Below, in pieces: positions 40,129 through 45,566 of a stretch of 64,000 nt of DNA. The notes beneath the pieces are model-generated. The model ran no database searches and was not told the origin of the DNA. It saw nothing but the letters and a program-made list of their open reading frames with translations. The first letter of the stretch is position 1; each line of letters starts with the position of its first letter. Source of the stretch: a virus; IMG/VR virus record IMGVR_UViG_3300021137_000006, positions 17,868-81,867 of that record, one strand, 5' to 3'. The position numbers and the translations under genes are program-made.

Positions 40129-40200
40129 GGGTAGCTTAGCATAATGTAAATGCGCTCACGTTGAGTGAGAGATATTGAGCCATCTCAATAGACGCCCCCA
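40129..40200 (+). ncRNA. Degenerate tRNA-like element
   Basis: D-like arm, CTCAC-GTTGA-GTGAG arm, non-canonical T-like arm ATTGAG-CCAT-CTCAAT, ends in CCA. Confidence 0.5.
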
Positions 40201-40206
40201 AGTTTA

Positions 40207-40266
40207 AGGATACGAACAGCAAATCTAAACAATTTGACCTTTTAATTCAAACCTAAAGTGTATCCT
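40207..40266 (+). ncRNA. Small RNA with a 7-bp terminal stem and a Lys-like anticodon arm
   Basis: AGGATAC/GTATCCT stem enclosing TTTGA-cCTTTTAAt-TCAAA. Confidence 0.45.
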
Positions 40267-40276
40267 GTCTTATTTT

Positions 40277-40352
40277 CCACTTCTAGCTGACAAAGTATTA
40301 GCGCTGGGCTGAAAATCCAGAGATCCTGGGGCGGTACCAGGGGAGTGGGCCA
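40277..40352 (+). tRNA. tRNA-Phe(GAA), atypical T-loop
   Basis: Loop CT-GAA-AA; T-loop GGCGGTA; CCA. Confidence 0.8.
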
Positions 40353-40359
40353 ATTTTAT

Positions 40360-40435
40360 GCAGCCATAGCTCAGTTAGGAGAGCACCGGATTGAAACCCC
40401 GGGTGTCGCTGGGGCGGATCCAGCTGGTTGCACCA
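40360..40435 (+). tRNA. tRNA-Phe(GAA), second copy, atypical T-loop
   Basis: Loop TT-GAA-AC; T-loop GGCGGAT; CCA. Confidence 0.82.
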
Positions 40436-40466
40436 TTTTATAAATATACTACCTCAGGAGAGTATT

Positions 40467-40790
40467 ATGAAGAAGATTCTTGTAAGTTTACTATTAGCTG
40501 TCGCAGCAAGTTCCGCATTTGCTGATCGTTGTTGCTACCGAGGTGGTTGGGGTCATGGAGGCGGCTGGATCGGTCCAGTACTCAGTGGTGTCATCGGGTA
40601 TGAAATTGGACAAAGTCAGCGTCAGACGGTACTCGTGCAACAACAACCTGCGTATGTACAACCTGTGTATGTACAACCTGCTCCGATCATTATCACAGAT
40701 CCCAACCAAGTTGTAATCAACGGCAAGCTGTACCGCAAGCAATTGATGAATATCGATGGCGTAGTGCAGGAAGTGCTCGTAGCACAATAA
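40467..40790 (+). CDS. Secreted Gly-rich / xVQP-repeat protein
   Basis: Signal peptide MKKILVSLLLAVAASSAFA; SD AGGAG; TATAAATA upstream. Confidence 0.75.
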   Translation: MKKILVSLLLAVAASSAFADRCCYRGGWGHGGGWIGPVLSGVIGYEIGQSQRQTVLVQQQPAYVQPVYVQPAPIIITDPNQVVINGKLYRKQLMNIDGVVQEVLVAQ

Positions 40791-40796
40791 CCACAT

Positions 40797-40870
40797 GGTT
40801 CGTTAGCTCAATGGTAGAGCACTGCTTTGACTCGGCAGACACAAAGGTTCGATTCCTTTACGATCCACCA
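40797..40870 (+). tRNA. tRNA-Val(GAC)
   Basis: Loop TT-GAC-TC; CCA. Confidence 0.88.
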
Positions 40871-40877
40871 AACAAAT

Positions 40878-40965
40878 GGAAGGTTAATCTCACTGGGTGA
40901 GACACTGCTTCGAACGCAGTCGGACTCCGCAAGGGGTTAGAGTTCGATCCTCTATCCTTCCTCCA
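40878..40965 (+). tRNA. tRNA-Ser(CGA)
   Basis: Loop TT-CGA-AC; long variable arm; CCA. Confidence 0.85.
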
Positions 40966-40986
40966 ATTTTTACAAAGCATAGAGGT

Positions 40987-41057
40987 GTGACGTTAGTGTA
41001 GCGGCAGCACCCCAGATTGTGATTCTGTTAGTACGGGTTCGACCCCCGTACGTCACC
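40987..41057 (+). tRNA. tRNA-His(GUG), no encoded G-1 or CCA
   Basis: Loop TT-GTG-AT; C73; followed by CCT. Confidence 0.82.
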
Positions 41058-41078
41058 CCTGTGTGCTTTGTAACGTTC

Positions 41079-41155
41079 GGTGCGGTAGTATTATTAGCAA
41101 TACGCGGTCCTCATAAGGCTGAATGAAGGGAGTGCAAATCTCCCCCGCACCACCA
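41079..41155 (+). tRNA. tRNA-Met (or Ile2)(CAU)
   Basis: Loop CT-CAT-AA; G1-C72 paired, so not initiator-type; T-loop TGCAAAT; CCA. Confidence 0.82.
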
Positions 41156-41161
41156 AATCTG

Positions 41162-41212
41162 TTGACCTTTTTGGAAATAGGGTAGATAATTACCGTATTG
41201 ACAAACAAAGGA
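41162..41212 (+). promoter_or_regulatory. Early sigma70 promoter + RBS cassette, copy 1
   Basis: TTGACC-17-GATAAT; the 35 bp TAGGGTAGATAATTACCGTATTGACAAACAAAGGA is identical in the copy at 46960. Confidence 0.8.
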
Positions 41213-41218
41213 CACAAA

Positions 41219-41407
41219 ATGAAGATCACAATCCACACTTGCCCTTACAAAGGTTTCCGCCACATCACCGTTGGTGGAGATAGTTCATCTTACACTGCTA
41301 ACCTGTACGGAAAGTGCTGGAGCGTGTTTTACAAGGGACAGTTGATTGGTGCTACTCCGAAAGTGCGTCGGATTGAATTCATCATTGCTGAAAGTTTGAA
41401 GCCGTGA
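41219..41407 (+). CDS. Small hypothetical early protein
   Basis: Directly after the promoter/SD cassette. Confidence 0.65.
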   Translation: MKITIHTCPYKGFRHITVGGDSSSYTANLYGKCWSVFYKGQLIGATPKVRRIEFIIAESLKP

Positions 41408-41444
41408 CTAAATACGCTAATACACACAACACGAAGGTATAAAA

Positions 41445-41801
41445 ATGTCCCCAGAACAATTCTTGACGCTGGCTGGTATACCAGTAACAACACAGATCGT
41501 TCGTCGATTGAACGAAGCAGTTAAGTCAGGTGATCAGTTTTCACAATCTAAAGCCAGAGTACTGGCGGTGATTGATACTTTCTACCAACAGTACGGGATC
41601 AAAGGGTATGTGAATAGGTTCTTTGATGCCGAAGCTGCAGCCCAGGGAATATTCTTTAAAGCTGAAGTCGGTAATTATAATCCGGAAGAAGTAGATGTGT
41701 CGGAAGTACTCGATGAGTTGAATAGCATCCCAGGAGTGCATGCTGAGGAGTGTTATACGGCAGATCAAACATATGGAGTAGAGATTACAATTAATCGTTG
41801 A
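41445..41801 (+). CDS. Putative head-packaged hypothetical protein
   Basis: TAAATA at 41409; FLTLAGI...LNEA N-terminus. Confidence 0.6.
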   Translation: MSPEQFLTLAGIPVTTQIVRRLNEAVKSGDQFSQSKARVLAVIDTFYQQYGIKGYVNRFFDAEAAAQGIFFKAEVGNYNPEEVDVSEVLDELNSIPGVHAEECYTADQTYGVEITINR

Positions 41802-41832
41802 CTTGTTTGTAGTGTGGTGAGATAATTATCAC

Positions 41833-42009
41833 ATGAATAAATTTAAAGCACTTGCAGCGAAGTATGATTTCACCTTGTGGTACGATCGTAGTTTGAAATT
41901 GTGGTCACTGACTGATAATACAGGTCAGAAAGATGCGTATTACTTCACCAAGCACTTGATAGTGTCTGTGTCACTGGAGGCATTCGAACATTATCACTTC
42001 AATGACTAG
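41833..42009 (+). CDS. Small hypothetical protein (58 aa, not in the ORF track)
   Basis: MNKFKALAAKYDFTLWYDRSLKLWSL...; TTGACT-17-GATAAT at 41798-41826 suggests a near-leaderless mRNA. Confidence 0.55.
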   Translation: MNKFKALAAKYDFTLWYDRSLKLWSLTDNTGQKDAYYFTKHLIVSVSLEAFEHYHFND

Positions 42010-42226
42010 CATGCTGGTTAAAACTTACAAAAATGTGTACAGCTCTGATCTACGAGCGCGAGCAGGGCATCCGCCTGATGTGCTGCAATTGCGAATCGTG
42101 GACGAAACTGGAGTCCTCCATTGGGTTGGAGAGCATGCGCTGCCAGAAGACGATGACGCATATCGTGCGAATCTTAAGCGAGTGAGAGCTCGGTTGGTGT
42201 ACGCTGCGAAAAAACATGGGTATTGA
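42002..42226 (+). CDS. Hypothetical protein
   Basis: ORF in the small-gene cluster. Confidence 0.5.
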   Translation: MTSMLVKTYKNVYSSDLRARAGHPPDVLQLRIVDETGVLHWVGEHALPEDDDAYRANLKRVRARLVYAAKKHGY

Positions 42227-42265
42227 CCAGTTGCTAACTTAATCAATTACAACGACTATTGACAT

Positions 42266-42520
42266 ATGATATACAAACAAACGGTTATCGCAATTTCTAT
42301 TCACCAAACGGGTGTGAATCCAATCTTCGGTGAAGGTGCCACGCACGTTAAGTTGTGTGATGATGCAGCTGGGTATTTCATTGAGTTGAGTCAGGCAGAC
42401 GAATCTGCTGAAAATGGTGTAGTGCGATTTGACCCAACGGAATGGGAAGCAATCAACGCTGCAGTGAAGACGCTGCTAAATAGCGCACCAGTTGCAGACA
42501 ACTTTGCTAGTGTTGTATAA
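42266..42520 (+). CDS. Hypothetical protein
   Basis: NPIFGEGAT....DDAAG.F..L.Q pattern. Confidence 0.6.
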   Translation: MIYKQTVIAISIHQTGVNPIFGEGATHVKLCDDAAGYFIELSQADESAENGVVRFDPTEWEAINAAVKTLLNSAPVADNFASVV

Positions 42521-42530
42521 TAAGAATATT

Positions 42531-42618
42531 GGGGTGTGGAGGTACTGGGTACCAAGCGGCTTTGAATACCGTTCCACTGTTAATAGCGGTGATAGTTCGA
42601 TTCTATCACGCCCCGCCA
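42531..42618 (+). tRNA. tRNA-Ser(UGA)
   Basis: Loop TT-TGA-AT; long variable arm; G73; CCA. Confidence 0.8.
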
Positions 42619-42624
42619 AGATTT

Positions 42625-42716
42625 GGAAGATTTTCTAGTCAGGGATACTAGCCGCGCTTGGAAAGCACGTGGAGCGTCAATGTGCGCCGGAGGTTCGAAT
42701 CCTCAGTCTTCCGCCA
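42625..42716 (+). tRNA. tRNA-Ser(GGA)
   Basis: Loop TT-GGA-AA; long variable arm; G73; CCA. Confidence 0.87.
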
Positions 42717-42724
42717 TGAAATGT

Positions 42725-42841
42725 AGTTGCTCCTGCTGGGCCAGGAGTTCCCACCGAGGGTAGTATGCTATTCGATTCAGCTGAAAGTATGGTACACATA
42801 AATCCGCACGGTTCGGAAAGGTTCGAATCCTTTAGCAACTT
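42725..42841 (+). ncRNA. tRNA-like RNA: acceptor stem and canonical T-arm with an expanded non-tRNA core
   Basis: AGTTGCT/AGCAACT stem; AAAGG-TTCGAAT-CCTTT arm. Confidence 0.55.
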
Positions 42842-42849
42842 CGTATATT

Positions 42850-42924
42850 GCCCTTGAAGTGTAGACAGCGACACACTTGTTTCGTAATCAAGAGAGTGGT
42901 GGGCAGGTCACCACAAGGGCACCA
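42850..42924 (+). tRNA. tRNA-Thr(CGU), atypical T-loop
   Basis: Loop TT-CGT-AA; T-loop GGCAGGT; CCA. Confidence 0.8.
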
Positions 42925-43004
42925 TTTAAAAGAGTTTTCGTCCCCTGCGAGAATTCTTCTAAATGGTCGGATTTTTCAGACTATATACATTAAGCGGATA
43001 CAGA

Positions 43005-43421
43005 ATGGCGTACAGCAAGCACAATATAACATGCTTACACTGTGGCACGGAGCGAGAACAGAGCAAACACTCAGCAAGAGGAAAGTTCTGTTCAAACAGG
43101 TGTCAAGTTGATTACCAGTACAACCAGTTTATACAGCGTTGGTTAGCTGGCGAGGAGACTGGTTTGAGTGGACAGCGTGGAATAAGTTTGCACGTTCGAC
43201 GTTTTGTATTTGAAAAGTTTGATAGCAAGTGTGTTGAGTGTGGCTGGAATCAAAAGCACCCAACAGATGGTCGAATTCCACTGGAAGTAGATCACATAGA
43301 TGGTAACTGGATGAATACGACGGAATCTAATTTGCGGTTGTTGTGTCCAAACTGTCATTCACTTACGATAACTTATAAGTCGAGAAATCGACAGAGTAGT
43401 AGAAAGTACAAGCCCGATTAG
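43005..43421 (+). CDS. HNH endonuclease
   Basis: CLHC..FCS..C, CVECG, LEVDHIDGN..N....NLRLLCPNCH. Confidence 0.9.
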   Translation: MAYSKHNITCLHCGTEREQSKHSARGKFCSNRCQVDYQYNQFIQRWLAGEETGLSGQRGISLHVRRFVFEKFDSKCVECGWNQKHPTDGRIPLEVDHIDGNWMNTTESNLRLLCPNCHSLTITYKSRNRQSSRKYKPD

Positions 43422-43559
43422 CTCAGGGGTAGAGCAACCGCCTTTTCGGAGAGGATAATGACCTCTCTCCACAGGAGATTCTCACGAGTCTCCTGTACAG
43501 GAGGATAACTCCAAAAGGTAAGCGGTAGGTCGTCTGTTCGAATCAGACATTGGGCACCA
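43412..43559 (+). tRNA. tRNA-Thr(UGU) interrupted by a 73-nt insertion in the anticodon
   Basis: Joining 43412-43444 to 43518-43559 gives a canonical cloverleaf with ACCGC-CTTGTAA-GCGGT. Confidence 0.8.
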
Positions 43560-43566
43560 AAATTTA

Positions 43567-43641
43567 GCTCCTAAAGTGTAGATGGCGACACACTGGTTTT
43601 GTAATCCAGAAAGCGAGGTTCAAGTCCTCGTGGGAGCACCA
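43567..43641 (+). tRNA. tRNA-Thr(UGU)
   Basis: Loop TT-TGT-AA; CCA. Confidence 0.88.
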
Positions 43642-43646
43642 TATAT

Positions 43647-43721
43647 GGGTCGTTAGTTCAGCGGTAGAACTCTATCCTTACACGGTAGCTGTCGGCGGTT
43701 CGATCCCGTCACGACCCACCA
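43647..43721 (+). tRNA. tRNA-Val(UAC)
   Basis: Loop CT-TAC-AC; CCA. Confidence 0.92.
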
Positions 43722-43727
43722 CCTTAT

Positions 43728-43802
43728 ACGCGGGTAACTCAGAGGCAGAGTAACTCTGTTACATAGAGAAGGCCGGGATTTCGAAATTCCCCCTGCGTAC
43801 CA
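43728..43802 (+). tRNA. tRNA-Val(UAC), second copy
   Basis: Loop GT-TAC-AT; CCA. Confidence 0.82.
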
Positions 43803-43806
43803 ATTT

Positions 43807-43881
43807 GCCCATTTATTTCAGTGGTAGACAGCTTTCTTGGTAAGAAAGAGGACATTGGTTCAATTCCAATAATGGGCACCA
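43807..43881 (+). tRNA. tRNA-Thr(GGU)
   Basis: Loop TT-GGT-AA; CCA. Confidence 0.87.
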
Positions 43882-43925
43882 CTTATTGCCACCAATTCCC
43901 AGCAATCTCTGCTGTAAGTAACTAC

Positions 43926-44639
43926 ATGGCAAAAATCTTCTTACGCTTACCATCCACGTCTTCAGTGGACCTACGACCAGATGCTGATTATGTTATCAAT
44001 CAGCAATCGTACGGCTCTTGTACAGCAAACGCAGGGTGCGCGTGCATGGAAATTATGTACAAGCAACGTAATGATGTGTCGATCGAATTTAGTAGATTGT
44101 TTTTATACTTCTGTGAGCGGACATTAGAAGGTGCACCCGACGACGATGTCGGTGCACCGGCTGTTCTAATTGGAGAATCTTTACTAACTTACGGAGTGTG
44201 CAAAGAAGAATTGTGGCAATATAATAAAGAGAATATGTTCGATACTCCACCCCAAGCTGCGTTTGATCAAGCACTCTCTTATAGAATTGCTGGATATCGA
44301 CTATTAGATGGAGCCTTACTTACCGCAATTAAAACCAGTTTGAATAACGGTGTCCCAATTTTGCTTAGTTTAATTGTAACAACGTCATTCAGAACCTTGA
44401 CGGGACCCTGGAAGACTCATAACTGGAACACTACAATAACACGTAGTAATAAAGTACTCGGTGGACACGAAGTTGCGATCATTGGATATGATGATGCTGC
44501 TAAGCGACTGTTAATTGAAAATTCCTGGGGACGCGGATGGGGAGATGGTGGATTCGGCGGCATTCGATATAGCGCTATCGATTCTCAACTATTCGGAGAC
44601 CTGTGGGTCCTACAACCAAATTTTGCGACTGTATCATAA
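43926..44639 (+). CDS. Papain-family (C1A) cysteine protease
   Basis: VDLR, QQSYGSCTANA, SRLFLY, GGHEV.IIGYDD, ENSWG..WG..G. Confidence 0.92.
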   Translation: MAKIFLRLPSTSSVDLRPDADYVINQQSYGSCTANAGCACMEIMYKQRNDVSIEFSRLFLYFCERTLEGAPDDDVGAPAVLIGESLLTYGVCKEELWQYNKENMFDTPPQAAFDQALSYRIAGYRLLDGALLTAIKTSLNNGVPILLSLIVTTSFRTLTGPWKTHNWNTTITRSNKVLGGHEVAIIGYDDAAKRLLIENSWGRGWGDGGFGGIRYSAIDSQLFGDLWVLQPNFATVS

Positions 44640-44701
44640 CTGGATAATGTCCAACCTTGCGAGGGTTGATTATGGAGGTTCAAGTCCTCTCGGTCGCACC
44701 A
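44625..44701 (+). tRNA. tRNA-Arg(GCG)
   Basis: Loop TT-GCG-AG; D-loop ACTGGATA with the Arg-type A20; CCA. Confidence 0.85.
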
Positions 44702-44732
44702 CTAAATAAACACACGCAATTTTGATAGTTTT

Positions 44733-44818
44733 GGAGAAGTGGCGAAATGGTAGCCGCACTTGTTTGCTAAACAAGCACTGGAAACGGTGTGCAGGTTCAA
44801 GTCCTGTCTTCTCCGCCA
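44733..44818 (+). tRNA. tRNA-Ser(GCU)
   Basis: Loop TT-GCT-AA; long variable arm; CCA. Confidence 0.9.
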
Positions 44819-44843
44819 ATTTATACAACTAGGAGCTTAACAC

Positions 44844-45014
44844 ATGGCACGCAAGCACGGTAGAGAACTAATTAAACTAGAGTCCACATCCGGTTCAGGA
44901 CACTTCTACACAACTGACAAGAATAAGAAGACTACTCCGGGGAAACTGGAGTTCAACCTGTACGACCCAATCATTCGCAAGCACGTCGCTTACAAAGAAG
45001 TTAAGCTCAAATAA
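44844..45014 (+). CDS. rpmG: Ribosomal protein bL33 (56 aa, not in the ORF track)
   Basis: [56 protein letters not shown]; SD AGGAG. Confidence 0.93.
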   Translation: MARKHGRELIKLESTSGSGHFYTTDKNKKTTPGKLEFNLYDPIIRKHVAYKEVKLK

Positions 45015-45020
45015 CAGAAT

Positions 45021-45126
45021 TTTGTAGTTAAGTCGGTCAGACTTTGGTAAAGGCGATGCGGAATGGTTTAGGCCACGTTAAATATCGAAGCGCATCTTAA
45101 TGATAATGTGTGCAGCCTACTACAAA
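45021..45126 (+). ncRNA. Candidate structured RNA (about 106 nt)
   Basis: TTTGTAGT/ACTACAAA terminal stem; AAGTC/GACTT and GATGCG/CGCATC helices; possible TAGGC/GCCTA pseudoknot. Confidence 0.55.
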
Positions 45127-45129
45127 TAT

Positions 45130-45207
45130 GCGTCCGTAGCTTAACTGGATAAAGCACTGGAATTCGAATCCAGTAGATTGCACGTTCAAGTCGTGTCGGG
45201 CGCACCA
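45130..45207 (+). tRNA. tRNA-Arg(UCG)
   Basis: Loop AT-TCG-AA; CCA. Confidence 0.85.
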
Positions 45208-45252
45208 TTTTACCCTACTGTGATAAATAAAGTATCACACATAGGGCTCACC

Positions 45253-45543
45253 ATGTCTCTCAACACTGTCTCTACCATATACGACTACGATATCGCTGAT
45301 ATCGCGTACTTCATCGTACCTCGCACACAAGCTGATACTACCTTCAAGCAGATCTCATTAAAGAAGTGCCAAATCCTTGCAAAACGCAGCTACGTTCAGC
45401 CAACTCAATCGACTCCGACTATTATCGGACCAAACATTTCAGTTGTTCAGTATGATGTCAGATTCCTAGACAACACTACTCTCACGGTGATTCCGTCCCA
45501 ACTACTCTCAGGGATTGAAGCTGTTGCTAACATCATTGCATAA
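45253..45543 (+). CDS. Hypothetical protein
   Basis: ATG after TAAATA. Confidence 0.6.
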   Translation: MSLNTVSTIYDYDIADIAYFIVPRTQADTTFKQISLKKCQILAKRSYVQPTQSTPTIIGPNISVVQYDVRFLDNTTLTVIPSQLLSGIEAVANIIA

Positions 45544-45566
45544 ATAACTGAAATAATCCACATACT

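Noticed and set aside
43445-43517. Insert as a self-splicing group I intron
   Set aside because: 73 nt cannot hold the P3-P9 catalytic core; retained only as an unexplained insertion.
43821-43925. N-terminal extension of the cysteine protease ORF (likewise 45178-45252 and 40428-40466)
   Set aside because: These extensions overlap tRNA genes; downstream ATGs after late motifs or SD sequences are better starts.
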